DNA of 64,000 bases from Squalus acanthias (Eukaryota). Location: contig CM059425.1 of NCBI GenBank assembly GCA_030390025.1, positions 170,130,001-170,194,000 of the forward strand. The letters are read 5' to 3'. Below the pieces are notes generated by a model that was given only the letters and a program-made list of their open reading frames with translations, made no database searches and was not told the DNA's origin. A program made the position numbers and the translations under genes. This document shows positions 1 through 10,799 of the stretch, piece after piece (position 1 is the stretch's first letter; every line of letters starts with the position of its first letter).

Positions 1-513
1 ATTCAGCTCCCAGCCTTGGTCACCCTGCAGCCATGTCTCCGTAATCGCAATTATATCGTATCCGTTTATATCTATCTGCGCTGTTAATTCATTTACCTTA
101 TTACGAATGCTTCGTGCATTCAGATACAGTGCCTTTAGATTTGTCTTTTTAACATTTTTAGACATCTTAACATTTTTTTGTACTATGGCCCTATTTGTCT
201 TATTACCATTTTTTCTTACCCAGACCCTATTTGTTAGTGCACTCCTTTGTTTGTACGCTCTGTCCCTTCCTGACACAATCTGATTATCCTTACCCCAATC
301 TCTTTCCTGCACTGCTTCCTTGTCTTTTCTCTTTAGCATTCTATATTTCTCTCCACCGGGACCCTCCCCCCCGCCTATTTAGTTTAAAGCCCAATCTACC
401 TCCCTAGTTATTCGATTCACTAGAACTCTGGTCCCAGCATGGTTCAGGTGCAGTCCGTCCCACCGGAATAGCTCTCTCTTTCCCCAGTACTGGTGCCAGT
501 GCCCCACGAATTC
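1..513 (-). mobile_element. CR1 LINE fragment (end of ORF1 / start of ORF2 endonuclease), inverted relative to the adjacent 3' part; runs off the window
   Basis: Minus strand reads YDIIAITETWLQGDQGWELN (APE endonuclease ITETW motif) near 1-60; abuts a plus-strand CR1 3' half at ~514. Confidence 0.8.
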
Positions 514-1390
514 AAGGGGACATAGACAGGCTAAGTGATTGGGCAAGAATATGGCAAATGTAATATAATGTGGAGAAATGGGAAGTTATCCACTTTGGTA
601 GGAAAAATAGAAAAGCAGAGTATTTTCTAAATGGTGAGAGATTGGGAAATATTGGTGTTCAGAGGGACCTGGGTGTCCTTGTACACGAATCACTGGAAGT
701 TAACATGCTGGTACAGCAAGCAATTAAGAAAGCAAATGGTATGTTGGCCTTTATTGCAAGAGGATTCGAGTATAAGAGTAAAGACGTCTTACTGCAATTA
801 GATAGGGCACTGGTGAGACCACACCTGGAGTATTGTGTACAGTTTTGGTCTCCTTACCTAAGGAAGGATATCCTTGCCATAGAGGGAGTGCAACGAAAGT
901 TTACCAGACTGGTTCCTGGGGTGGGGGGATTGTCCTATGAGGACAGATTGAGTAGACTAGGCCTATATTCTCTAGAGTTTCGAAGAATGAGAGGTGATCT
1001 CATTGAAACATACAAAATTCTTACAGGGCTTGACAGGGTAGATGCAGGGAGGATGTTTCCCCTGGCTGGGGAGTTTAGAACCAGGGATCACAGTCTCAGA
1101 ATAAGGGGTCAGCCATTTAGGACTGAGATGAGGAAAAATTTCTTCACTCAGAGGGTGGTGAATCTTTGGAATTCTCTACCACAGAAAGCTGTGAAGGCTC
1201 AGTCATTGAGTATATTCAAGACAGAGATCGATAGATTTTTGAATATTAAGGGAATTAAGGGATATGGGGATAGTGCAGGAAAGTGGAGATGAGCTAGAAG
1301 ATCAGCCATGATCTTACTGAATGGCGGAGCAGGCTCGAGGGGCAAAATGGCCTACTCCTACTCCTATTTCTTATGTTCTTATGTTCTTAT
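514..1390 (+). mobile_element. CR1 LINE 3' half (RT C-terminus, 3' UTR, short tandem tail)
   Basis: ORF 570-1292 has CR1 motifs LVRPHLEYCVQFWSP, RRMRGDLIETYKI, FFTQRVVNLWNSLP; ends in TTATGTTC repeats. Confidence 0.95.
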
Positions 1391-2598
1391 TAATTACAGA
1401 GGTCTGTGCCTGTCAATGAATCAAATTGAAAAGAAAGCTAAATTAAGATGCACACATTATACTAAACCAAAAATAGCAGTTGCAATTTTAAAAGTACAAC
1501 TGCACCTCTCCCTACTGTAGCATCTAAAGCATAGATTTTATGAATTTGTGCTGCTATAGAATGAAGCACCTTAAGAATTTGAGTTCAGAGGTCAGCAGGA
1601 TTTTCTACCCAATTGGAATGTGCTGAATTCGTTCCCTGAATTCCACCTATGCCCTTCTGATGTCCAAAGTTTGAGGCTAGAAGCAAGAATTCATAACATC
1701 TCCTATTTGCATCTAGTGTGAGGTTCCACTCAGACACACTACCAGCTGTACTCTGTTAATTCTTAATGTTATAAGAGAGTGGGAGGGAGCGTAAACTCTC
1801 CACTAACATTAAAAGTTTCCATATGAAGTTTATAAAGTCCTGAGAACATCACTTTATACCAGACTGGAGTTCTCCTGTATGAACTCACACCTACTGGTTT
1901 TGTTCACCTGGTTCTCAGATCACTGATCTGACTTTCAAGTTATACTGCCACTAATACATACCCAAAACCACTTTGGAGTGACACAGAAACAATAGTATAA
2001 TAGCACTGTTAGTGCAATATGTCATTTTCCCTGTACTTGATTCATCTGTTTCTCCATGTATATTTAATGAATATTTTTAATATTTATCATGACTGTCTAT
2101 AAGAAACATCATTTAGTATAATAATGAGAATTGCTTATACTTTTCCGAAGTGTACTGGATGCAAAATATCTCTGATTCTGATTAAATGATGACTGCAGCA
2201 TTATTTTATCAGTTCAGCATTATTCATTGCCTTGTACGCTTGGGAACACCACAGGTTATAACTTAAATATATCGTGCAAATTAGCAACTTTATTGAAATT
2301 AGACATTTCAATATTCCGTGACATATATTTTATTTACATTTCATCATGAACTTTTAATGTATTTCAGCTTATTTTTTTAATTATTCAGGGTACATTTCAA
2401 GGAGCATATTTGATGCATTTATAAATACTGTATTGTCTAATCTATTTTATTTCCTCGTGGGGCTGCCAACTACATTTATTGCTCAAACCTTTTGAGAAGC
2501 TGTAGTAGATCGTGTGTAGTGACATCTAGGTTAGTGAGGTAGTATATTATTAAACAGAATACACTAAAATTAAGAACTAGATTCTTTTATATTTATAC

Positions 2599-2836
2599 TG
2601 TTGTGGCTGCCGCAAAGCACGAATATAGGCCGAGTCAATATGTGGAACACATAGCTTTTAATTACATCTCTTCTGGTCAAAATGGCTGCGACCACATTTC
2701 TCTGCAAAACCCTGAGGCCCCGCCCACTCCTTTTTTACTGCCTTAAAGGCAGCATGCGCCTTAAAGGCAAGGTGCCCGATTTATTGTCCACGGATGGAAA
2801 AGTGGATTGCGCCTGTTTAGGTGGCGATACGCCACA
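2599..2836 (-). repeat. 3' LTR of the Gypsy element
   Basis: Direct repeat of 7074-7311 (I count 9 substitutions in 238 bp); G-rich PPT lies just inside it. Confidence 0.95.
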
Positions 2837-2851
2837 CAGCTCCCCCCAGAA
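2837..2851 (-). promoter_or_regulatory. Polypurine tract
   Basis: Minus strand TTCTGGGGGGAGCTG immediately before the 3' LTR. Confidence 0.75.
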
Positions 2852-2856
2852 TCCGC

Positions 2857-5670
2857 TTAGGAGGTGTGGACGAGACGGTGTGGCGGTCTGATGGGCCGGC
2901 CGGAGCGGCTCTTGTAGGACGCCGGTGGACGTGGAACGGCCAGGCGTGGAGCAGCCGGGTGAACTGGCTTGAGGGCAGGTCGGCCGCGTGGCGGTGGACG
3001 AGCTACAGGGACCTGCTCACCGGGCTCCGAGTGTGCTGGCTTGAGTCGGTCAACCGACACTTTTTCGGTCCTGTCGCCCACTTGCAGGGTGAAAAATTTG
3101 TCCCCAGCCTGTAGCAACTTGTAGGGCCCGTCGTACGGGGGTTGAAGGGGTCCGCGGTGGGCGTCATGCCAGACAAAAACGAACCGTGCCTGGTGCAGGC
3201 TTAGTGGGATGTGTGAGGTAGATTTGCCGTGTCGGGCAATGGGCACCGGGGCGAACTGTAGCGCCGGTGAGGCGAAGTCGTGGCGTTGCTGGTCGGCTGA
3301 CCAGGGTGTCGTGGCGGTGGGCAGGAACTCACCGGGTACGCGCAGTGGCTGACCGTACACGAGCTCTGCCGCCGATGCGTGGAGGTCTTCTTTAACCGCG
3401 GTGCGCAGGCCGAGGAGGACCCACGGGAGTCGGTCGGTCCAGGCGCCGTCCTGGAGGCTGGCTCGAAGAGATGCCTTCAAGGATCTGTGGAACCGCTTAC
3501 ACAGTCCATTGGCTTGGGGGTGGTACGCTGTGGTGCGGTGAATGGTCACCCCGAGATTGCGTGCGACGGCGGTCCAGAGTTCAGAGGTAAATTGCGGACC
3601 TCTGTCCGACGTCATGTCGGAGGGGATGCCGAACCATGCGACCCAGGTGCTGACGAAGGCTCTGGCGATGTCGGCGGTGGTGGTAGAGGTCAGTGGAATT
3701 GCCTCGGGCCAGCGCATGGTGCAGTCAACGATCATCAGCAAGTGCGTGTGGCCTTGCGACGGCGGCAGGGGCCCGACAATGTCCACGTGGATGTGGTCGA
3801 ATCTACGCGAAGGGACGGTAAACTCCTCGAGGGGTGCTTTCGTGCGTTGCTGCACCTTGGCCCGTTGGCAGGCTAGGCAGGAGTTGGCCCAAGTACGCTC
3901 ATCCTTGCGAAGGCCGTGCCAGACAAAGCGGTTGGCTACTAATTTGATGGATGCGCGGGCGCCGGGGTGGGAGAGGTTGTGGAGAATCTCGAATACCCGG
4001 CGGCGCCAGGACGCTGGGACGATGGGCCGAGGTTGACATAGGGATACGTCGCACTTGACCGTGACTGCGGTCGGGCCACAGGCGACGTCGGCCAGGCGTA
4101 GCCCTGGTAGGTTGGTAGGTGCGGAGAGCAGATCAGGGTCGGTGATCTGGTCTGCTGCGAGTTGAGCGTAGTCGACTGCCAGGTGTGCGGCGTGGATGGC
4201 GGGGTGGGAGAGGCAGTCGGCTACCACATTGTCTCGGCCGGAGACGTGTTGGATGTCCGTGGTGAACTCGGACACTGCCGCGAGCTGGCGCTGCTGCCTG
4301 GCGGACCAGGGGTCGGTTGTCTTTGCCATTGCGAATGTCAGGGTTTTGTGGTCGACAAACGCAGTGAAGGGGTGGCCCTCCAGCAAAAACCGAAAATGGC
4401 GGACCGCCAGGAACAGCGCGAGGAGATCGCGGTCGAAGGTGCTGTACTTGACCTCCGGGGGGCGTAGTTGGCGGCTGAAGAAGGCAAGTGGTTGCCAGGC
4501 GCCGTCGACCCACTGCTCATACACGGCGCCGACCGCGTGGTTGGAGGCGTCCGTGGTGAGCGCTACCCTGGCATTGGGCCGTGGGTGCGCGAGCAGGGTG
4601 GCGTTGGCGAGTGCGGTCTTGGTGGAGTCGAAGGCAGCTGACGCGTCTGCCGTCCATTCGACTGCCATCTTGCCGTTCCTGCCCCGGAGGGCTTCATACA
4701 GGGGCCTCATGAGGAACGCCGCTTTGGGGATGAAGCGGTTGTAGAAATTCACCATCCCGAGGAACTCCTGGAGGCCTTTGATGGTGGTGGGGCGGGGAAA
4801 TTGTTGGACAGCCTGCACCTTGGTGGGCAGGGGAATGGCCCCAGCATGGGTGATGTGGTGGCCGAGGAAGTCGATCTTGTCCAGGCCGAACTGGCATTTG
4901 GCTGGGCTGAGGATGAGCCCGTGGTCGCTAAGGCGCCCGAACAGGATGCGAAGGTGTTCGAGGTGTTCCTGTTTGGAGGAACTGGCTACCAGGATGTCGT
5001 CCAGGTAGACGAACAGGAACTTCAGGTCCCGAAAGACCGAGTCCATGAGCCGTTGGAATGCCTGGGCCGCGTTTTTGAGGCCGAACGGCATCCGCAGGAA
5101 CTCGAAAAGGCCGAAGGGGGTGATTACGGCCGTCTTGGGGACGTCCACGGGGTGGACGGGGACTTGGTGGTAGCCGCGCACCAGGTCGACCTTGGAAAAG
5201 ACTGAGCGGCCGGCCAGTCTAGCCGAGAAGTCCTGGATGTGCGGCACGGGGTACCGATCAGGGGTGGTGGCGTCGTTGAGGTGGCGGTAATCCCCGCAGG
5301 GGCGCCAACCTCCGCCTGGTTTGGGGGCGATGTGGAGTGGGGAGGCCCAGGGACTGTTGGAGCGGCGGATGATGCCGAGCTGTTCCATGGTGGCAAACTC
5401 GGTCCGCGCGATCTCCAGTTTGGCCGGGTACAGCCTGCGGGCGTGGGCGTACACTGGGGGGCCTGTGGTGGGGATGAAGTGTTCCACCCCGTGTTTGGCG
5501 GCCTCCGTGGAGAAGGTTGGATTGGTAAGGGCCGGGAATTCGGCCAGGAGTGCCGAGTAGTCATCCATGGCCCGGGCGTGGCACTGTGACGCCATGTCGG
5601 CGGATTGACGGGGGGCCATGGCGCCCAGGATGGGGGACATGGTGTTCATGTCCACGAGGCGGTCAGGGGG
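2857..5670 (-). CDS. pol: Gypsy Pol (RT, RNase H, integrase); open frame but detached from the protease by frameshifts
   Basis: SPWASPL, CGDYRHLN, RMPFGLKNA, YLDDILV (RT); TTDAS (RNase H); H..H/C..C zinc finger, HVDIVGP, SDRGPQF, GPY (integrase). The integrase catalytic E appears as K (NGLCKRFH). Confidence 0.95.
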   Translation of the reverse strand, partial: PPDRLVDMNTMSPILGAMAPRQSADMASQCHARAMDDYSALLAEFPALTNPTFSTEAAKHGVEHFIPTTGPPVYAHARRLYPAKLEIARTEFATMEQLGIIRRSNSPWASPLHIAPKPGGGWRPCGDYRHLNDATTPDRYPVPHIQDFSARLAGRSVFSKVDLVRGYHQVPVHPVDVPKTAVITPFGLFEFLRMPFGLKNAAQAFQRLMDSVFRDLKFLFVYLDDILVASSSKQEHLEHLRILFGRLSDHGLILSPAKCQFGLDKIDFLGHHITHAGAIPLPTKVQAVQQFPRPTTIKGLQEFLGMVNFYNRFIPKAAFLMRPLYEALRGRNGKMAVEWTADASAAFDSTKTALANATLLAHPRPNARVALTTDASNHAVGAVYEQWVDGAWQPLAFFSRQLRPPEVKYSTFDRDLLALFLAVRHFRFLLEGHPFTAFVDHKTLTFAMAKTTDPWSARQQRQLAAVSEFTTDIQHVSGRDNVVADCLSHPAIHAAHLAVDYAQLAADQITDPDLLSAPTNLPGLRLADVACGPTAVTVKCDVSLCQPRPIVPASWRRRVFEILHNLSHPGARASIKLVANRFVWHGLRKDERTWANSCLACQRAKVQQRTKAPLEEFTVPSRRFDHIHVDIVGPLPPSQGHTHLLMIVDCTMRWPEAIPLTSTTTADIARAFVSTWVAWFGIPSDMTSDRGPQFTSELWTAVARNLGVTIHRTTAYHPQANGLCKRFHRSLKASLRASLQDGAWTDRLPWVLLGLRTAVKEDLHASAAELVYGQPLRVPGEFLPTATTPWSADQQRHDFASPALQFAPVPIARHGKSTSHIPLSLHQARFVFVWHDAHRGPLQPPYDGPYKLLQAGDKFFTLQVGDRTEKVSVDRLKPAHSEPGEQVPVARPPPRGRPALKPVHPAAPRLAVPRPPASYKSRSGRPIRPPHRLVHTS

Positions 5671-7033
5671 ATGTCTACCAGTAGGCCGTGGGTGCACAGG
5701 AAATCTGCGCCGATGAGAGGGGAGAGCACCTTGGCAGTGATGAACTCCCATCGGTAGCGGCGACCAGCGACGTCGAGGGTGACTGTGCGGGTGCCGTACG
5801 TCTGGATGTCCGAGCCGTTAGCAGCAGCCAGCGCCGGTCCTCGTTTGCCCTTTGGATGTCGAGGGCGGAGGCCTGGATGATGCTGTGCTGAGCTCCAGTG
5901 TCGCACTGGAACCGGCGGCCGGTTTTGTCATCCGTGACGTACAGCAGGGAGTCCACGTGGCCCACGGCCATCGCGGGGGCTGGTACGGGGGCGGACTTAA
6001 AAGAGCAGGGCGGTGTGCACCGTTGTGCCCTGGCGCCGAACCGTGCGTGATAGTAACAGTGGCCCGGGTTAGTGGGGCGCGAAGGCCCCGTGAGCCCGGT
6101 GGCTGGGCCTTGTGGCCGCGTGGTGGCCGGTGAGGGGCGCGCCCAGGCAGTGGCTGCCAGGTCCGGAGTGATGTCGCGGCTGGAGTGAGCGGACAGCAGC
6201 TTGTCGGCCTCATCGGCCAGGGTTTCCAGGTTCATGAGGCCGGACGCCACGATCGCTGGGCGGATGCTGAGAGGTAGCTGGCGGATGAACAGCGTGCGGA
6301 AGAGGGATCCGGGTGGGCTCTCGTCGGTGAGGGAGAGCATGTGGGAGAGGAGGTCTGACGGTGAGGCATCACCGAGGCCTGGAAGGTCGAGGAGGTGGCA
6401 GTTTCGCTGGTATGTCATAGAAACATAGAAACATAGAAACTAGGAGCAGGAGTAGGCCATTCGGCCCGTCGAGCCTGCTCCACCATTCAATACGATCATG
6501 GCTGATCATCCAAATCCAGTACCCTGTCCCTGCTCTCTCACACAGAATTCCCATCGAGCCTGCACCGACACATATCCCACCCTATCCCCGTAACCCCACG
6601 TATTTAATTCCCCCTAACATATCCCATCCTATCCCCGTAACCCCACATATTTAATCTCCCCCTAACACTAAGGGTCAATTTATCATAGCCAAATCAACCT
6701 AACCCGCACATTTTTGGACTGTGGGAGGAAACCGGAGCACCCGGAGGAAACCCACGCAGACACGGGGAGAATGTGCAATGTCGAGGCCGTAAATTTTTTA
6801 AGGAGCGAGGCCTTAAGATGTGCATACTTGCTCTCCTCTGGTGGGTTCTGCAGCGCTGTCCAGACCTTCGTAACTGTGGAGCTACCGAGTGATGTGATGA
6901 GGTAGTCATACTTCGTCCCATCTGTGGTGATGAGTTGCAGCCGGAATCATGACTCGGCTTGGAGGAACCAGGCTTCGGGCTGGTTTTCCCAAAGCTCCGG
7001 CAGTTTCACGGAAACTGCGTTCGTGTCCGCCAT
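5671..7033 (-). pseudogene. gag: Gypsy gag plus aspartic protease, disrupted
   Basis: ATG at 7033 gives MADTNAVSVKLPELWENQPEAWFLQAES*; CYYHARFG...C..PC knuckle; CDTGA protease motif. Has an in-frame stop, a SINE insertion at 6417-6777, and frameshifts near 5860 and 5670. Confidence 0.88.
6417..6777 (-). mobile_element. 5'-truncated HE1/V-SINE with a CR1-derived 3' tail, inserted in gag
   Basis: V-domain sequence TTCTCCCCGTGTCTGCGTGGGTTTCCTCCGGGTGCTCCGGTTTCCTCCCAC; tail of TTTCTATG repeats; 5-bp TSD ATGTC (6412-6416 and 6778-6782). Confidence 0.88.
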
Positions 7034-7058
7034 TGCAGTGCTCGGAATACGTTCTGAG

Positions 7059-7072
7059 CGTCGGGGTCACCA
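7059..7072 (-). promoter_or_regulatory. Primer-binding site complementary to tRNA-Trp
   Basis: Minus strand TGGTGACCCCGACG, 1 nt from the 5' LTR; complements the tRNA-Trp 3' end. Confidence 0.88.
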
Positions 7073-7073
7073 A

Positions 7074-7311
7074 TGTTGTGGCTGCCGCGAAGCACGAATT
7101 GAGGCCGAGTCAATATGTGGAACACATAGCCTTTAATTACATCTCTTCTGGTCAAAATGGCTGCGACCACATTTCTCTGCAAAACCCTGAGGCCCCGCCC
7201 ACTCCTTTTTTCCTGCCTTAAAGGCAGCATGCGCCTTAAAGGCAAGGTGCCCGATTTATTGTCCACGGACGGAAAAGTGGATTGCGCCCGTTTAGGTGGC
7301 GATCCACCACA
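7074..7311 (-). repeat. 5' LTR of the Gypsy element
   Basis: Direct repeat of 2599-2836; followed on the minus strand by the PBS. Confidence 0.95.
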
Positions 7312-7570
7312 ATACCATATTTAGTAGAAGTTTGCAGCACTAACACAGAACTAGTAGACCTGAGTATTCAGACCTTGTTTCAGGATTTTGTTCTTGTTTC
7401 TTTTGTTTTTGAACCTGCAAAAAGTGGGTATTTGTTTTGTTGAAGACTGAATTTAATCCTAATTTTGAATCTGATCCTAATCCCAGAAGGATTTTCCTTT
7501 TCTCCCACTCCCCTTTCTCCAGGAAACACAATTTGCTGTTCCCTACTAGGCTGCTGGGGAATATAGATAC

Positions 7571-7659
7571 AATTGAGAGGTCGCACAACACCAGGTTATA
7601 GTCCAACAGTTTTATTTGAAATCACAAGCTTTCGGAGCTATCGATTGCCCCTTCCTCAT
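7571..7659 (-). mobile_element. Penelope-like element (family A) mini-fragment: pLTR end with a truncated hammerhead
   Basis: Homologous to 25528-25610; 10-bp TSD ATATAGATAC (7561-7570 and 7660-7669). Confidence 0.85.
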
Positions 7660-8021
7660 ATATAGATACGTCAGCCTAGATTTTCTAATAGGTGTAAACT
7701 GATGTGGGACCTTTGGTACACACTTCACTTGTAATTCTGGTAGCATTGCAAATGATTCAGAGCTTTCCCACTGCAGGAAGTCAAATCAGGTGCTGCTGCA
7801 GGTTAAAGCAGCAATCCTCTTATGGACTTTTCATGGCAGAGAACTTCTTCAGATATGTCCAGTGTTTAGAATTAAATGTAGCAACACTCCCAGGTGAGTT
7901 GCATGATGAGAATGGTCAGCAATCTTAGAGCTTTGCAAAGGCCGAATATGAGACCTACATCAGTTCTCAGGAGCATAGATCCCATTAGGCCTATCAAGTC
8001 ATGTACTGAGCAGAATTCCAA

Positions 8022-8846
8022 GGGGGAAAAATTCGTTTGGTTAGCGCCACCCGTTAGCGCCTCCGGGGGGGCGCTAACGGGGCGCTAGGAACTTAGCGCC
8101 CGAGCGTGGCGAGTTTAGCATCGCTCGCGAAATTGACCAGTCATTTTGCGGCTGTGCTAAACACTACCGCCACGATCTCCTGCGCCCACAGATCGTGACG
8201 TCAGTCGAGCGTGCAACACCTTGGTAGCGCCCCGGATATTGAGTCACGCCGGCTGCTGCAAGGAATGACAGGTAGAGAGGAATGCTTTCAAGTCGGGAAG
8301 GGGCTGGGGGAGCGCTATTTAAAGGCGGGCACTTCCTGCCTTTTCTTGTCGGCAAAATCTTTGGTACACGCAGGTTGAGAGGGAGAAAGACGTCTGGAAA
8401 GATTTAACACTGTCCTAAGGAGTTTTGGCCCTCAGCACCACTTTTGAGGTTCCTAAGCACCGAGCTCTTTCCCTCGACCTATCCATTAGTGCTTCCAACA
8501 CAATTGCTTCAGAGGTCTCTCCAGGCCGAGATTCAAGGCTGCAATGAGCAAGGTGTGGCTGGCCAGCAAGATGGCCCCTCCTCTTTAAAAACTGGACGGC
8601 GCCAATCTGTCTGGCTTCCATGGTAACTGACATCGCCTGAACTTTGGTAGCGTTCTGAGGTAGTGCCTCGCTCCCCGACGTTAGCGTCCTAAGAGAGGTG
8701 TGTAGCGCTTGATTTAGTGCTCAAATCACCTCCAGGGGCGATAGAGGCGAATTTTGCAGTTGGAGGCGATAATTAGCACCGGGTGCTAAACTTTGCGCCC
8801 GGCCGATATTAGCACCCCAAAATGGGCGATACCCAATTTTTCCCCC
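8022..8846 (+). mobile_element. Non-autonomous Harbinger (internal-deletion derivative related to 47758-51904)
   Basis: 12-bp TIR GGGGGAAAAATT, 3-bp TSD CAA; both ends resemble the two-gene copy; keeps the Myb start MDRSRERAR on the minus strand. Confidence 0.88.
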
Positions 8847-9616
8847 CAAGACACTACTAGATGTAAGGGAAGTTTAGGATGGAGTGGAAACAGGGTGACA
8901 ATGCAGCAGATCTGGATTATGCTTCAAGTTCCTGGCTGCATATGTATAATCAACCTGAGAAGTGTCCATGGAATTTCAGCCCCAAAGTGCCTATTTCCCC
9001 CTGAGACAAAAGCAGCCTGCTCCTTCTGCCAATCTCACTCTTTAGCTGGTGGGTGGCAGATGCATGTGATTGGTCCAGATTGATTTCTTCTTGGCATCTC
9101 CCCTGATGGGACAACCAGGGTCAGGAACATGCCATATGGGATACACAAACTTGTGCCCTACCAGCTAATGGCATAGCTGACATGGGACACTAACACAATT
9201 TATCATTTACACTCTCTATGATCATTATCTATTATATGGATGCATCTCCTACAAGGTGTCAACAGGACTGTAATAAAATTTTTAGATGTGTATAGGACAT
9301 GGTACAATGAAGATTGAAGGCTTTAATTATAATTTTATGGGTTTTGATGTAAAAATGTTAAATTAGGCTAAGATTACTTTTCCATAAACTCCTTAGTGGA
9401 GCTATTTTAATTTGAACATAATCCAGAGAGAGCTATTTGATAATTCTGCAAATTCTGGGAATTGTAATAACACATCCCGAATGCATTACACTGATTGAGT
9501 GATGATAGTGACTCATTACTAGCATATAGCCACATATATTCTAATACTTTTCCAAATTCACTATGAATCATTTTTTATTTGTGTTTAAATACAAAACCAT
9601 CATCAGCATGAGGAAG

Positions 9617-9700
9617 CAACAACAACAACAGCAACAACTTGTATTTATATAGCACCTTTAACGCAGTAAAACATCCCAAGGTGCTTCACAGGAGTATTGA
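9617..9700 (-). mobile_element. 3' end fragment of a DeuSINE/L2-type element with a (CAA)n tail
   Basis: CAACAACTTGTATTTATATAGCACCTTT...CATCCCAAGGTGCTTCACA, similar to 60875-60935. Confidence 0.55.
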
Positions 9701-10799
9701 AAGACAAAAAAATTGACAGAATGGTTTTATTGAGGGCTTTTTATTCATTAAAATATTTCATGGTGCTATCACGAATAACAAAATGCATGTGCATTCTGTT
9801 CCTTTGTTCATCAACAATATACAGCATTATGATAGCTATTATATTGAAGACATTATGAGATGAAAAAAGATATTAATCTTCTTTAAGGATTAAGGGGAAT
9901 ATGGTTTTCAATAGATATTACTTAACAAGTGTACATACAATATACTTGTCTACAGGGATTACCAGGTATATCACAAGAAGGCTAAATATGACATATTGCC
10001 CTGACAGTTGTCAGTTTACAGAATGAACAATGGGCTATTTATCTTTTTCAGTAACAAGTATATAAGTAGGCTTGCCAGGTGACCTAGTCTCCACACCTCA
10101 GACAACATGCAGAAAATGCATTTGAGATAAAGCCAGTTCAAAATTAAGAATCATCAAATCACCTCAAAAGTCAGCAAGGAAAAACATGTTTTTCACCCAC
10201 CATTTAGAAATAGTGGTTAGTTCTTTGTATTACACCTTTGGTATATTTTCAATATAGGAAACAAATAAGTTGTAGTAGTCAATTAAAATATGAGACTTAA
10301 ATGATTAAAATTAGACTGGCATTTATACTTAACCAATTGATTTGCACAGCTTGTCAGTTCTTTCCCCTTAAATCATGATTTGAAACATTTTTGAATACAT
10401 AAAATGAAAAGTACAGACAATGATTAATGATACAACAATACTAGATATATAAAACATGATACAATCTTGCTCTTTCTTCAGTACATAGGTTAATTAAAAT
10501 GCCTGTATGTATTTTGAAACTACTGTACCATGTCATTGTAAAATTCTGTTTTTCTGTCAGGAAAGTGGTCTTGTAGTGTGTGAGAACTAGGGATGAATCT
10601 GAGCTGGAAATTCAAGATAATTTTATTTTGTCTTATCAATTAGCTTTGTTTCAATGTATTTAATCAGGCTGTTTGAAGTATAAGTTTTGGATTTGTTGCC
10701 TATTTTTCCTTCCTAATATTTGTCTTGAATATTCTCATTTTACCCCTGCTGAGAACCACTGAAAACCCCATTGGAGCATTCAGGGTGAGGGCAGGTTCA

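Larger units (their letters stand above)
2599..7311 (-). mobile_element. Full-length Ty3/Gypsy LTR retrotransposon (defective)
   Basis: Two 238-bp LTRs with TG...CA ends, 4-bp TSD ATAC (2595-2598 and 7312-7315), PBS, PPT, domain order gag-PR-RT-RNaseH-IN. Confidence 0.97.

Noticed and set aside
3379..6428. Many plus-strand and alternative-frame ORFs over the Gypsy element
   Set aside because: Shadow frames of GC-rich gag-pol; no env-like or other recognisable motif
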